Assembly: GCF_009914755.1 (NCBI RefSeq) | Contig: NC_060936.1 | Direction: 5' to 3' (one strand) | Length of the DNA stretch: 64,000 nucleotides | From: the human T2T-CHM13v2.0 reference genome, Homo sapiens | Shown here: one piece after another, positions 27,942-42,849 of the stretch | How positions within the stretch are numbered: the stretch's first letter is position 1 | Layout: the number at the start of each line of letters is the position of its first letter | Translations under genes and position numbers: made by a program | Notes under the pieces: generated by a model | What the model was told of the DNA's origin: nothing | What the model saw: the letters and a program-made list of their open reading frames with translations, nothing else | Database searches by the model: none

Positions 27942-28380
27942 TATGAGAAACCATTGATTTGGGTTCAGCTCCTGTACTAACTCTCAATAACCAAACCAAC
28001 ATTGAGTCGCTCATGCTAAATTTCCACATCACCAAACCAAAACTAAGTTGTTTATCTGACCTTCTGAGAAGTCAGAGGAGAAATGATAGCCAAATCCCCA
28101 CACAGGCCAGTTTTAGCCAGCATGATAAGAAAGTCCCCTCTGGTTTAACCATTGCAAAGAAAGCAATCTAAAGTAACCTGATGTTAACCAATCTGCTTTT
28201 TGTATGTGCTATTTTTGTAGTTATTGTTGTTCCTTCTGAAGCTATCTTATAAAAACTAACTGTTCTGCCATATCCAGTGGAGCACTTTTCTGTTCTTCAG
28301 ATGAGATGGCCAATTTATACATCAGTAATAAAAGCAATGAAATATTAAAACTAAATTTGTTATAATTTTGTCTTTTGACA
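27942..28380 (+). mobile_element. ERV1 solo LTR (LTR37-like)
   Basis: gagtcgctcatgctaaa, aagtcccctctg, aagtaacctgatgttaaccaatc, and terminal aaactaaatttgttataattttgtcttttgaca. Confidence 0.8.
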
Positions 28381-28845
28381 AAATATTGTTGTGTACTCAG
28401 GTGGAACTTACATTCTTTAATGGTTTTATTTGTTTTTAAATACACTATATGTGTGCAATTCATATATTATAATCAAAATTATAATATATGTTTCCTTACA
28501 GATTTTCTAATGAATGATTTTGTAAAGAGTAATTCTTTAAAAGTTAGTTACTTTTATATTGTTTCCTAAATAAAAAATTTCATGTAAAATTTTAGGTTAA
28601 GTAATTAAAATATAATAACATAATAATGTTACTTTTAGGATTCCCAAATACATATAAAAATACTCCATGAAAGTTAGATTTTGTATCATCTGGTGATTTT
28701 TTACAAAAATAATTATAGGTGAACTAGTCTTGAAACCAGTATAGTCAACATACTGAAAGTTTTTAATAACACAAAAAAGCACAGAACACATCAAAGTAGT
28801 GAAGTCTTAATTGGGGGAATTGTATGATGTTTTAAGAGACTGGGG

Positions 28846-29160
<315 letters not shown>

Positions 29161-29904
29161 TTAGGGGAAAATCAATCGGGGCCATATAATGGAGGAATCT
29201 GATTGCCAGACAAAGAGTTTTGATTTGGTTAGGTTATGGTAAATAACATGAGCTTGTTTGTATTTTAGGAAAATTTATAAGCACCATGTAAGCTAGATTG
29301 AAAGGAGAAAAAACTAAGCAGGGCAATAGACCTGTAGACCAGTAGACAATTTAGTGCAGGTGAGGGACAACAGGTTCCTAGTTCAGACTGGGGCAATGCG
29401 TGTATGGATATGTGGCGGTGGAACATCTATGCTGCTGTGATTGCAGTTAGTTGGAAAGATGGCAAAATGTGTAAGTGACTGGCAACATTGCTCATACATT
29501 ATTTGTAACCAGGGAGAAAGATGATTATGAAGCACGCAGAGAGAAATGAGGTGAGAAAATGTCACATACATAAGTGAGTAGAAGGGGCAATTAAAAAAAA
29601 AAGAGAAATAGGTTCAAAGCAAAAATTGTATTCTCATGTCCACTGAAATTTTAATATATAGTTTTGATTCTTGAATTATATTTTAATTTCCTTCTATTCC
29701 AGTTTAACTCATAAAAATAGCATAACAATGATGCTTTAGTGTTATTTAATTACCACCCATTCCAGTGATCTGCATGACCCCATGACTTATAAAAGCAGCC
29801 AGGCTTATAGTTTTCTTAATCTTCTACTTTGAAGATATATTTCTAATGTGCAATCCAAGCCCTTTTAAAGGATAATTCTGGATTCTATTACTCTGCATCT
29901 TGCA

Positions 29905-30560
29905 TCTAGAATTAAATCGGATTCAGGGAGTCTATGAATGTGGAATGGAAAACAAATTACATCATTATTTCCACCTAGGCCTAACTGCAATTTAGCATTC
30001 CCTTTTATATGAATGTGGGCAACAAACTACAGCCGTAATAAAAGTATTTATGAATTTGCTATCAAGAGAAATCCCAAATACATTTATATCATATTGCAGT
30101 TGTTGAAGCTATCTCAACAAAATTTATTCTCATTTTCATTTTGAAATTACCAACACAATCACAGACTTCTTGTTTACAGACACTCACGTAACACTTGCCC
30201 AACAATGAGCAACCCTCTGCTTAGTCATTCAGTGATTAAACTTTAAATAAAGTCACATCTTCTTAACATTGCTTTCCAAGGTTCCTTATCTTCAGTTGTT
30301 GTTTGATGAAGAGGTAAGTTAAAACTATCCTACAATATAATGCACTAATTCAAGCTAAACAATAGACTTTACACTTTGCCAACTTTTTAAATGTATTTTT
30401 TGTTAAGTTCATTTAAAATCACATAAGTCACAATATCACATTGTGTATATTTTGATAGCTGCTTTTCAATGTAATTAATTTTATTTTCTATTCAATACAT
30501 GTTATTTTATATATTTAAAATAATGATCTCAGAATAGTTTAATAGACTTCATGTGACTGC
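29905..30560. mobile_element. hAT-Charlie element (MER113-like), interrupted by about 275 bp of unassigned sequence
   Basis: ttcagggagtctatgaa..aaattacatc..aatttagcattccc..tatgaatgtgggcaacaaac..ttgcagttgttg; resumes near 30425 with atatcaca..tattttgatagctg..atttaaaa..tctcagaa. Confidence 0.65.
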
Positions 30561-31789
30561 AACTGTTACATGTAGTTGGAATAAGCAAGACCTCATGAAG
30601 TAGCATATGAATGACACTTTTTGCTAAATAGGTGCTAGAATTCAAAGGACTTTTGTGCAAATAAAAATATACAAAAGTCCAGAAAGAAGCGCATAATAAC
30701 GGTAACTATTAGGACTTTAGCAAAGCTAATCTGTGATTGACTGGAAAGGACACTAGTCTGTAAATCTTGATTTTGTCTTAATGCTATGCTTTTGGGCAAC
30801 TCAAGTTTCCTAGATCTCTCTCAGAGTGCAAAATGTTGGGTTTCTGTCTGACAATATCTATCATTGTTTGAAAATGTGATTATATACCTATTTTATTTTT
30901 AGTTTAACATTGAGCTAAGAGAAAATGGAAAGTTCAGACAGGGATAGGTAAAGGTAGATTCTAATTATAGGAATGAGCTTATGGCGAGACAGGCTTGCCA
31001 AGGAGGGGGTCTCAATAGGGACGTGGGTCTCCAGGAAGAAGTCATAAGAAAAATGTCTGAAAAATAGTTTGAAGAAAACCAATGTATATTTTAGAATTTT
31101 CATTTTCTCTCTTTTATATTAGTTTCTACTATAAATGTATACCTGAGGCTCTCAAATATTATTTTCTTTTTCAGAGAAGAAGTTATTCTCTCTGGGTTGC
31201 TGAACTTTAGCCAATATTTTTAAGGCACAATTAATTGACCTCCACCTTTCAAAGCACTGTGTGCATTTAACTCAATTTCCTTAAATTACATAATTTAGGC
31301 GTCAGATATAAACTTCGAAATGTCATTTCTGAGATGTTAATAGTGCTTTTATTTGATTCAGAAGAACAAAGGAAAGCCTTTCATAAGGCATTCTGTAACT
31401 GATAATTGTTCTACCGCAAAAACGTCTTCTTAAGCCATAAAAGTGTTAATCATAATTATCTCTAGGTCTTGGAATGTGCAGTAGTAGCTGTCCTGTGGCT
31501 CAGTTTTAGGTGTAATTTTCCACCATTTGTCTAGCTTTTTTGTGATTTTTTTTCTTGGTTTGTCATATCTTTTTCTTGAGAGTGTTAACAGGTATAAAGT
31601 GATACATGACTATCTAAATTATATTTGTGCAAATACTGGTATCATATTATGATCCTCTGATATCACCATAAAATGGTACAGTGCTTCTTATCTAATATTG
31701 TAGTGGGCAGAAAGTGAGCACACTAGTTAGTTCTAGTACTCATGAATAATGTATAAGGGTCAGGTAAAACCAATGAAAGATGAGAGAAC

Positions 31790-32000
31790 ATAACTGGGCT
31801 TCCCAATCATGTGACCAAACAGCCTGCAAATTGTCAAACATTTGGGCAAGGCCATCCTAGATAATTCAGCCACAGATTAGCCAACACACACAAGAACTAC
31901 ACAACCAATACAGAAAATTATGAAAATAATAAACTTATGTTCCTTTAGGCCCCTAAGTAGTTATTGGATAGTTCATTAGGCATCAAAAGCTAAGTGATGA
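31790..32000 (+). mobile_element. MLT1 (H/I/J-like) LTR 3' portion
   Basis: aggccatcctaga..cagcc..aaaataataaac..ctttaggcccctaagt..agctaagtgat. Confidence 0.55.
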
Positions 32001-33059
32001 AAGAATGGCTGAGTCAACTCATAGTTTTAGATTTCTTGTTGATTTTTTTTGGTTGTGCTGAAATGCGGTTTTGCTTAAATTTTAAAATGGGAGAAATGTA
32101 AACATGCTTAAATACTAACGAGTATAAGTAAGTCTGAAAGACAGCACTGATGTTCCAGGAAGGAGACATGATATTTCTAATATGAAATAAAAACTAAATA
32201 AATAGTTTTTAAATAAGAAAATCCCACATGGGAGGATCTAATGTAATGGAAAAACAAAAGAGAAGGGATCAATCTATTAGGGTGTGGCTTTGCAAAGTTG
32301 AAGTAATTATTATTTATTACCTTACCATTCTCATGTGAAATAAGATGTTGGGTCATCTCTGAGCCTGGATAAGAAGAAGGTGATTCAGTGTTTTTAGCAG
32401 AGTAGAGAAACTTTTAAATACTGCTGCGAAAATAAGAGGCAGTGCTGAGCAGAGGAATAAAATGACAGTCTCCTTTGGAAATGAGAAATGACATTAGAGC
32501 TTAGAGTTTAAGTTTCAATTTTGTGATTCTTATTGCACAAAAGAAAATCCAATGTATTAGTTATGAATAAAATATATACTAAGCCTTATCCTCTCCATAT
32601 GTAAGTCCCAGAGAGACATAATGCCTCTTCTGGGGTTTGAACAACAGTTGTTCTCACACTGCCTTGGTTGAAAGCCTCCTCAATATACTGCTCTCTTAAC
32701 ATCTGACCTTAGACTTCAGGTCCCAGACAGTATTATTCTTTCACTTTTATCAATCATTATTAATCCTCATCTAGACAGATAACTTTTTAAAATAATCATG
32801 TGAAAGCTTATTTTGTTTTCAAATTTCTTCCTTGAGTTCTGATTCAGTTTCTTTGTGGGAATTAGTGGTGTTCTTGATTCATTTTTGGTTTGGTGCTGAT
32901 GTCAGAAGGAAGGGTAATTATGAATAATAGTAATAGAAACTGTTGCTTAAGAGGCTAGATATTTTAGGTATCACTGCTGTGCTTTTTAGATAACATACAC
33001 ATACCCACATCACATATTCATTAGATTCTCAGGAGCAACAAATTTTTATTTTTTACACT

Positions 33060-33195
33060 TAACTCTTTGTCTCATCTGTTGATGGACAGATGAGACAGAG
33101 AGGTTCAATAACTTGCCCTAGGTAAAAAATTTGCAGTAGCAGAGGCAAGAGGCAAACCCGGGAGTCTGATTGTAGAATTTGTGCTTTTAACTATT
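33060..33195 (-). mobile_element. MIR SINE
   Basis: gagacagagaggttcaataacttgcccta..agcagaggc..aaacccgggagtctga..gtgcttttaac. Confidence 0.7.
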
Positions 33196-35459
33196 AACCT
33201 TGTCACAATAGACACTTAGATTGCCACAGTTATCTGACAAATGTGTTAACATACTATATTATCTTGACAAACATATTAAACATATTAATTCAGATAAATG
33301 ATATATTTCTGCTAGGCAGAAACTATTTTGAATGAAACAGATGAGTTAAGCAAATGAATACAATTTTTAGTGGTATCAACAGGTCAAAACTTATAGTTTA
33401 AAATAAAAGGATTTATTTTAGCATTTATTTGGTTCCTCAAACATTAAACATTATGGAGATGTAGAATTCATTATCCACTTGTACATAATTAAGAAATGGT
33501 TGTATAAATTCATAAATGTATATGATGCAGAAGAAATGCTTGAATAGCATTGTATTGTATAAGAATGATAAACTTGAATAAAAGATAATAATAGTTTTGT
33601 TTAGCAGCCTTTTATGCTACTGAAATCAGTAATAAGATATATTCAAAACTACAATGACAGAAGCTCAAATAATTTATATGTATTTAAACATGCATATTTC
33701 TAATGATATTGAAAGCCTAGAAAAATGTAATCACAAAACTTGATATAGGAAACCATTTAGAATACTTAGGCAATGGTTTATGAAAGGGAAGAAATGCTAT
33801 AATGATAAAATAGTCTTTCTGATGACATCCAGAATTTTTGATTGTCATTTTAACAAAGCTCGTTGATAATCCAATGATCAGCAAATGTTTATAGGCCCCA
33901 AAACAATGTCAGTTGGATTAAGTGAATGTTTAAAAATATTGTAATACAGACTGAATATGCAAAACAGGATAAGAAGGACCTCTTTAATTTCTTTTCTATA
34001 AATATCATTTTTTAAAAGTTGGAAGAAAATGTAAAGGATAAGTTAATGTTCTACTTTGTATGTTTATGTAAGAATAGTCCAGGGCTAAATTAAATCTTTG
34101 TCTGTTTGTTTAAATGAAGAACAAAGTTTATACTCAAGTTTTAAATATCCAGTCTAAAATTAAAAATTAATATATACTTGAAATACATACACAACATATT
34201 AAGCAGTTAACACTTGTTGAAACAGGCCTGAATCTAACTCACAAAATATAAATCAATATAGAACCTGTTTTCTCATTTAAAAACTTTTTGGAATAATAAT
34301 ATTTATATTTAGATATTGCCTGAATTCAATGGTACCTCAAATAGTTTATTCCAAAACTTCCATGTAAAACAAGACTCGAATGAATTTTTTTACACTAGAA
34401 TTCTCAGGCAATTTTTGTTGTTGTTGTTACATTTCACCATAGTTGATGAAAGGGATACACTTCAGAAGTCTGATAGGGCAGTAATGCAGAGCAGCCGTGT
34501 CCACAGAAGCGTTCTGCTTCTCGTGTTTCTGTTCTGGAGAGAATTCCATGGACATGTGCTAATGTTTTTGTTAGTCTCCTCCATACAATTCTCTCTCACC
34601 ATCACTAGTGAAAACAGGCTCCATATCATTTAATCACTCTATAAGAAAAGAAATATTTGTTTCTGATGTCCCAACACTTGCCTTACTTTGCAGAAGTAAG
34701 GAAAAGCTGAACAGGAAAAATTACATGGAATATTTATAATATTATTACCCATGTTTTCTAATAAGAAAAATCTCCCTTTATAAAATAAGAGTGCTTATAT
34801 GTTCCTACTAAAGACACTAGCAGTCTTAGCTAGATTTGGTTCGAATATTTTTATCCAAAATTGTGAGGAAATAGTTAGGCAAGGTTTTACTGCTACATTG
34901 AAATTTGTCATGTAACTATATTCATTCATTATGCATGATTCTGCAAATGAGTAGTCTCTCTATTGGCAAATGAGTAATTGCTTCTTCCTGTAACTCTTTT
35001 TATTGTTTCACAATTAAATATAAAATACCTAAGAACAAAACTGAATAAGGAATATGAAATATATCCAAAATAACTCAGCGTAAAGTAGATCTCAATTTAC
35101 CACTCCCACCTGAGCTCTTTTCATTACCTGTCTATATTCTGCTCAGCTTGGACAATTTGCTCTTCCCTGGACATATCTTGTACCTTGTAGCCTCAGTGTA
35201 TTTACGGTTGTCATTGCATCTGCTAAAATATCCATTTGTTAAAACCCTAGCCTTTCTTTAAGCCACAGTAGTGATGTGACATCCATGAAATCATCTCCAA
35301 TCATTATAACGAAATTATTTCTTCTGGCTTCAATAGCATCATGTATGTTTTCTGAACTATATATCACACAATGTATTGAATTACAGTTGCTTCCATAAAT
35401 ATCATCTATTCTACTATCTGGTCATTTTTTGAGAACTGATCTTTGTATCTTTGTAAGCC

Positions 35460-35670
35460 GTTTTAGCCAAGGTCATCTTAAGCCAGCCCTGATCTACTCT
35501 ACAGCTGACCATATATGCATGAGTTAGCCCAGCCACGATGAGGAGAGCTCAACACAGATTACTCAAACAACCCAGTTGATTTGTAGATGAATGAGAATAA
35601 AATAAATGGTTATCGATTCAAGACGAGATGTTTGTTATGGCTTGTTTTACAGTAAGAGCTGATATTGCAG
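35460..35670 (+). mobile_element. MLT1 LTR 3' portion
   Basis: cagctgacc..gcatgagttagcccagcc..aaataaatggttatcg..gttttacagtaagagctga. Confidence 0.6.
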
Positions 35671-36149
35671 TTGACTGCCTTTGTGAGCTCTGTTAATTCT
35701 AATGGGTCTAAATGTTTGTATTTCACGTGTCCTGTAAGGTGTCACAGTACATCCTCATGACTATTCCTCCTGACATCTTGCTTTTGGTATCCAAAGTATT
35801 TCTATTGTAGCCTAAGATTACTCAGAGCTGATCCTTAGATCTCTCTGTTAACAACCATGTATCTCATGGTGGTCTTCTAGTAAGTTTCTTCCAGAGATAC
35901 TAAAGAGGCTCCATATGCTTTCTTTTATTAGCAATTTTTAGGTACTACATCTCCTCTAAGGACAAATTACTGAAGTGATGTATATATTCACCATATATTT
36001 AAGCACTTCCTTTGATCAGAGGCTCATTTAGATGTTTAGGTTTAAACAGTGATGAGTAAGACTTGGTCCCTGCACTAGAGTTTTGGGGGAGAATGTGGTA
36101 CTTACTACTCTTATTTTATAGTAATTAAATGGTTTTCTAATATCATATA

Positions 36150-36380
36150 GTCCTGAGTTAAATCCTAGCTTAGCCACTTACAAATGCTGTGTACTTGAAA
36201 AATTTACTTCTTTCTGTCATATGCAATAAAATTTGATTGAATTAAATGTGTGAATCTGAGAAGTGAGGATAACAATAGATGATATGGAGGATTACTTTGA
36301 AACTTCAAATAAAATAATGCATGTAAAATACTTAGCCTAATATCTGGTCACACAGTAATGATTCAACAAATCTTATTATT
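36150..36380 (+). mobile_element. MIR SINE
   Basis: cctgagttaaatcctagct..gccacttac..ataatgcatgtaaaatacttagc..cacacagtaa. Confidence 0.7.
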
Positions 36381-36734
36381 ATAAGTATTTAATTGAATTT
36401 TAATGTGACAAATATCATATTAAAGGTGTGCAAAAAGTATTATGGAAGTACAAAGTAAATTATTCTCACTGAAAGAGTGAGGTGAAGATACAGGGAAGAA
36501 AAGGCATTTGATCTGAGCCTGAGAGGATGAAGAGAAAGCTGTGCAGAAAAGGAAGAAAAGGCAATTCCACATGGAGATACTAGAATGAACATAGGCATAA
36601 AAATGTCCCTGTGTGTCAGGAACATCGTTCTGGTGTTGTCAGAACACAGGATGTTTATATTTATGAGGGGGTAGAGACCAATTTGACTTCTTTGAAATTG
36701 GGAAAATATAAAAGTAAATAATTATAATTATTCT

Positions 36735-36985
36735 CTAGTAAACACTTACTATGCACCAAGAATTATGTTAAGATCTTTGGTTGCAAAATCTCAATGACAT
36801 TATGACATTGTAGTACGTGACATTATTATCCCACTTATTTGATGAGGGATCGAGGAACAAAAAGATTCAGTCACTTAACTAAGGTTATAGTATTGTTACA
36901 ACAGACTTGTTGCAGAAACATAGTAAGTGCTAAGGTTAAGATCTGAACCGAGGCCAAATGACTCCAAATTCCATACCACTTCCTG
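36735..36985 (-). mobile_element. MIR SINE
   Basis: cacttactatgcaccaag..cattattatcccac..gatgagg..atctgaaccgagg..tgactccaaa. Confidence 0.65.
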
Positions 36986-37939
36986 GACAATGAAAGCTTA
37001 GCTAAGAATATTTAATTTTACATAATTAATTAAGAAGTCACAAAATCTACTGCCTGCATAAGTTCAGCAAACAACATACACATATGAATCCAAAAAACAA
37101 AAAATACTGGGGAAACTTAAAGTCCATGGAACTAGAGAATACATGCCCAGCCATGAAAGATTTGAAATCAAATATTTTCTAAACTAGATGAAACAGTCTA
37201 AGGGTCATACTTGTCCAGCTAGTCAGTTTTCAACTATGCTAAACAGTAAGTAGTGTGAAAAACTTTTAAGCCACAGAGTGACATGACAGGTTTTATAATT
37301 TATAAATTTCAAATAAAGCAGGGTTGTATTGTAGTGGGGAGAGGTTGGAGAGAGAGATGCAAAAGGAAAACAAAATAAAGCTAATAGAGTCATCCAAACA
37401 AAAATGAAGTTGTGGACTGGAGCATTGGCTGTGGGAAGGATTAAAGGTAATAGCCCAGAGACCCTTGTGATAGCCTAATTAAGCAAGCCTGTTATTTTGT
37501 TGAAAATGAGACTCAATAAAGGGACTTCAAGATATCCCTTATTCTGTGTTATTAAAAAATACAATCTTCGGGGAAAGTGATTCTTTAGAGAGGCATTAGG
37601 AAAACCTCACAAGACTCCCTTTCATTATTATTGACTTCCCTACAATTCCCTTACAGCACCTGCCACCTCATCCTTCCAACTCAGGCACAGAGTCAGAGTT
37701 GTAATTCAGGCACAGCACTAAACATGAGTTTGTGGCAAATATGCTTGAGTTAATAAAATAATGATTAAGTCCCAGAACTGCCTGGGTTTAAATTATGGCT
37801 CTCTAGATTGAGATATTATTTTCGTTACAATGAAACAGAAAATAATATTAGGAATGTAGAGTGCCTAACACAGAGCATGGCAAGAGGAAAACACTGAATA
37901 AATGTGAACCATTTATGCTATTATTTCTATTATTGTAAA

Positions 37940-38271
37940 ATCAGTCCAATGTCTCCTCCAAAACACATGCCGAAATTTAATTGTCATTGTAATGATATTA
38001 AGATGTGGAACCTTTAAAGGTGATGAGGACATTAAAGGTTTGCCCTCACAGGTGGGAGTAATGTCACTATAAAAGAATGAGATTGGCCTCTTTCCATTCT
38101 CTTGCCTTCTCTCCTGCTGCCATGTGATGACTCAGCAGAAAAGCCCTTGACAGATGCCAGCACCTTCATATTGGAATTCTCAGCCTCCAGAACTATGAGC
38201 CAATACATTTCTGGCAATAAAGTATCCAGCATCAGGCATTCTGTTACAGCAGTACAAAATGGACTAAGACA
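37940..38271 (+). mobile_element. MaLR LTR (MSTC/MSTD-like)
   Basis: ctgccatgtgatgactcagcagaaaagccctt..cagatgccagcacctt..cagcctccagaactatgagccaata..aaaatggactaagaca. Confidence 0.85.
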
Positions 38272-40399
38272 GAAAGAATAGAAAGTAATACAAATGGGGG
38301 CATCACTAGAATTTATGAAATAATTCTTTAGCTTACTTTTCAAATGAAGACATACCAAAATATTGGAAGTATATAGTAACACATGCTTTCAATAAATACT
38401 TTATGTCTGATAAAATATATGTAATATTTTTATATATTTATGTAAAAATATATAAGTAATAGGATATATTTCTTGTTTAACAGACATTGCTAAGTTAGAT
38501 AAGAGTGGTAGGAAAAAAATATCCCCTTGTCCTCTTCACGTTTTAATGGTTTCCTTCTGTAAGTCAGAAACATGAACTTTTAATCTTAACTTGGCGCAGC
38601 CCATTTCTTGGTATTCAATATGTAATGTGATTATTAGGACAAGTTATTGTTTTAAGTTTTTGGATAACATGCACATTGTTAGTTTCTTAGGATGATTGCA
38701 AGATTATATTCCAGTTTTTATACTCAGTTGAAATAATTCTTTGGATTTCAGAAAAAGGAAATTGAATTACTGTTGTTCTGAAAGGACAGCTTTACCTTTC
38801 CTACAGCAAAGTAAGAATTGGGATTATGTAACAGAGTCCTTGATTCTGTTATTTACTTAAACTAACAAGAGATAGTGTCAACTTTAAAAGCTCTGATGTG
38901 ACACTTTCTTTATAGGCATTTATATTAACTTGTAGAAATTCCATAGATCTCTTTTTGACAGCTTATCAAAAGCAAATTTGATAGCTAACTCTTTTCAGTA
39001 AAATTCTGTAGAAAAAAAAATTCTAAGTGAATATAACACTATTCTTATTAAAATATATACATGGTATGTATGTGATTTATTTATGTATGTGGTTTATGAA
39101 TAAAAACCTTATGTGAACAATGTGGTAGTGTCACTCTTAGGATTTACTATATAAAATTATACTTTGTATATAATAGAATCAGCTTCTCAATGTTTGGAAA
39201 ACATATTTGAATTCAATTCTCCACCTCTATGAGTAGAATAGCACTAAAAAAATTCCATAAAAAATTACATTATCTCTCTTTAATCTCCATATCAAAAATA
39301 TTTCTAATTTTATTTTTGCTTCAAACAACACAGAAGAAAGCTGATTTCTGTGGAAACGAAAAATAATAAAATATGCCATAACACAGGGTACATGCGTTAA
39401 ACAAAAGGTTGCTGTCCAAAGCGTGGTCATTGTGAATTTCATCAAATATTTAAAAAAGTAAATATCTAAATTCTGGTCCATTATGTCCACTGGGGGCCTG
39501 GCACCTGCATTTGGGTGACTATGGCAGATGTTTATTGGTTTGCAATGAATAATGCATAGAGGAAGCAAGGTGCTTGCATTTTCTCACTGGAACTTACTTC
39601 CAATTGAATTGTATATAAGCAAACATAGAGTTACTGCCTATTGAGATTTTTCTGTTTGTAGACTACCTTCAAATAGATTCTTGACATCAAGAGCAAGGAA
39701 TATTTTTGTCTTGGTATTTTAGTGTGCCCTTTTTTTCTTCTCTTTATATGAGTAACAAATTATGATTAGCATTGCTAGTCAGAGGATAATGGACCAAATG
39801 CAACGGCAGAAAACTTTCAAGGTTTATCTGCCCTATCATCTCAGTATACAACCACAAACTGTGAGGTAAATGGACAGGAGGAAAATTAGCATGAAGCACT
39901 GAAGCCTCAGTTACAGGATCTGATATTACACTCCAATAAAAAATTAGTAATTGCTAAATTTATTTAATAAAACCCAGAAATCTATGGCTTTAAGATTTTT
40001 CCAGTAGTATGCACATGCAGAAAAAATATATGTTAACCTTATATACTAACATTAAACTCATACTTTAATTAAATATCACTTTTGGTAAATACCATACTGC
40101 TTTTCCTTAATGTAAGTAGAATGAGAGTAAACAAATCTCTAAAATTAGATGATTATGTTTTGTTAAGTTATTCTTAGTAAAAACACACATTTATGTGATG
40201 ATCTATATATTTTATACCTAAAAATGACTTTCACTGAAATATATTTGAAAAGAAGGTAATCTCCTTTAACTTTGCTATGTTTTGTTGATGAGTTATTGAA
40301 TTACTAATTTTATTCTGTATATGAAAACTACATCAGAGTTAAAATGAAAATCAGGTGACAATAAACTATGTGAGAATCATTTTCTCAAATGATAAAAAT

Positions 40400-40590
40400 A
40401 GTTAACATTTCCCAATATTTGCCATGTGCCAGGCACTGATTTAATCCTCACATCAACTCCATAAAGTAAGTAGTACTATATCCCCATTTCACACATCAGA
40501 AACTGATTTTAAGAAAATTATCAAGGTTGCACAGAAAGAATTCAAGGTCATGTGGTCTAGCTTCAAAGTTCGTGCTTTTCACCACTGTAC
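40400..40590 (-). mobile_element. MIR SINE
   Basis: atgtgccaggcactg..tttaatcctcaca..atccccatttcaca..gaaactga..ttttcaccact. Confidence 0.75.
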
Positions 40591-41124
40591 TTTACCGTCT
40601 TAATATTGTAGCATAAATTCCTCCATTTTTTTCACATGCAGATTTTAACAAGATGGAATACATAGAGAAGAAAAGAGAACAGGAAAGCTTTTATGTAAGC
40701 AAATTTGAAAGCAGCATGGGAGAAAAATATTAAACCCATGCAAGCATGAGTTGTAATTTTCATAAATTTTTGCAATATCAAAAGAAAATTCTGGACAATC
40801 AATGTTTGTATCTTTTGCCCCTTCTGTATTCTTTGTGCATGGCTTTTTTTTTCCTCTGATATCTTGAAGAGACTTCAGGTCTGCGATTTACTATCAGCAC
40901 GAAGAGAAATATATGGTAAGACTTATGAAACTAATTTCCTAGATAATTTTTAAAATTCAACGAGTTTTCAAACTAGTAGAATAAATGTAATTTACTCTGA
41001 GAAAAATGGTGATTGTATATTTTGATCAGGAAAATGCTGTAATACAAGCAATTGATTAGTCTGATTATTTAGTGGGCATTTATTGGTGTACAGGGGAGAT
41101 TGAATTTGAAAGCACATCTTCATT

Positions 41125-41208
41125 TTACAATGTATACATATTTCAAAGCATCATATCATACACAATAAATATTTACAATTTTATTCATCAATTAAAAAAA
41201 TTAAAAAA
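41125..41208 (+). mobile_element. Extremely 5'-truncated L1MA 3' tip with TSD
   Basis: acaatgtatacatatttcaaagcatcat..acacaataaatatttacaattttattcatcaattaaaaaaa. Degenerate TSD gaaagcacatcttcatt (41108-41124) / gaaaatgcatcttcatt (41209-41225). Confidence 0.8.
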
Positions 41209-42849
41209 GAAAATGCATCTTCATTATTCATTTATTCACTCATCAATTTATGAAATATTGTCAAAACCTCCTAACTGCACTCAGGCATTGTGCTCAGCAT
41301 ATAGGATACAGAGGCACCAGAGAGGTACAGTCCCTATTTTAGTCATGCCAATAATCTAGCATCCAGGAAACCATTAGAATGATGCCATCAAGATATGATA
41401 AAGGCCTGACCTAGAAAGACATATTTTTTAAAAGTTCCAACTTGAAAAAGGCCTAAAGAAGAAATGTTAGGCCTTAAGGACTGACTGTGAAAAAGAAAGA
41501 AGGAAATCAAACTGACTAAAAAAGAAACTTAAAAGAAAATATTTTTTAAAAAAAATTTAAACATTTTATAACAAATTATATCTGAATGGTTATATCACTA
41601 ACATGCTAAGGTATATCTTAAGTTCATAATTGATATTATGCTTAGAATTTAAAATCACTCTAATTCAATCAGGCCAAAACCAGTTATTCTTGTAATAAGT
41701 CTTCTATTATATATGCACTTTTTCTTGAGAAACCCAAAGCAATATTCTTGCCTACACATCCTTTAGAGATGGAAACAGGGAAATAATTGAGAGTTAAGTG
41801 GACAATAAAAAGGGTATGAAATCCTTGGACCTTATTCATGAATACCCTTTCACTCTTCCATTATGCTCCTAATAAAATACCTTCAAGGAGCACAACTTAA
41901 GCAATGGACGTCCATCAGTTTTATAAAAGTTTGTGGCTACAACCAAATAAAATTTTATGATAAGCTAAGCTACATGATGTAGAAAAGTTTTGTCTAAGAT
42001 TGATGGATACATAGTGATTAGCTAAGTATTTGGAACAATACCTCTAACACAGTTGAGAAATGTTAGTGTAGGAGAAATAGTCCCACTAGGAAGAAGAGTT
42101 AGTAAAAGAGCAAGAGAGTTGACACAGTGTGTAGGATGTGGCTAGTTTAGGCTGCTGACAGAGGACAGCTTCAGTCAGGGACTCCATAAGAGAAACAGCC
42201 CTGACTATTTCTCACTTAGGAGAATGCAAAGGGGGAAATCAAGGGAAAGAATGAGAAAGCTCCACAAGGCACAAGAGTGGTGCAGGGATGGATCACATAC
42301 TCTGCTAGTCTTAAAACAAAATCTAAACACAATTTTGCATACTCAAATTACAGTAAATAGAAGTGAAAATGTAGAAGAAATATGAGAGTATTAAAAACAT
42401 TCTAGAAAAATAAAGATTAGGAAACTTCATCCTAAAGATCCTGAGACAGATAAACTTCGGAAAACAATTTATTACAAAAAGTAGAAAAAAGAATGTAAGC
42501 AAGTTGGAATTCCTGCTACGACTTAGAAGCGATAGTGGTTAGAGATTAAGACTATAGAAAATGAAACTAGATCACCTGGTCTGGAAACGGGCCATACATA
42601 CTGCTTACTAGCTGTGACCTTGGTTAAATTTATTGTAATTAAGAAACTCATTTCACCATGAAATAATTGCTTTTTGACTTGTAGAAATGAAGACTGTAGT
42701 CTCTACCCATATTTTCTTTATTCTTATAGCCTATGAATTTTTAAATAATTTAACTATTTGTCTTCTGCCTAAATATTCACGGATCTTATTATATAATGTG
42801 TACTGTGATGCTTAATTTTATAATATGTTTATAATATGAAGAATATTGA

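Noticed and set aside
39484-39502. CTCF-like ccactgggggc
   Set aside because: It lacks the conserved A and spacing of the CCASYAGRKGGC core, so the match is poor.
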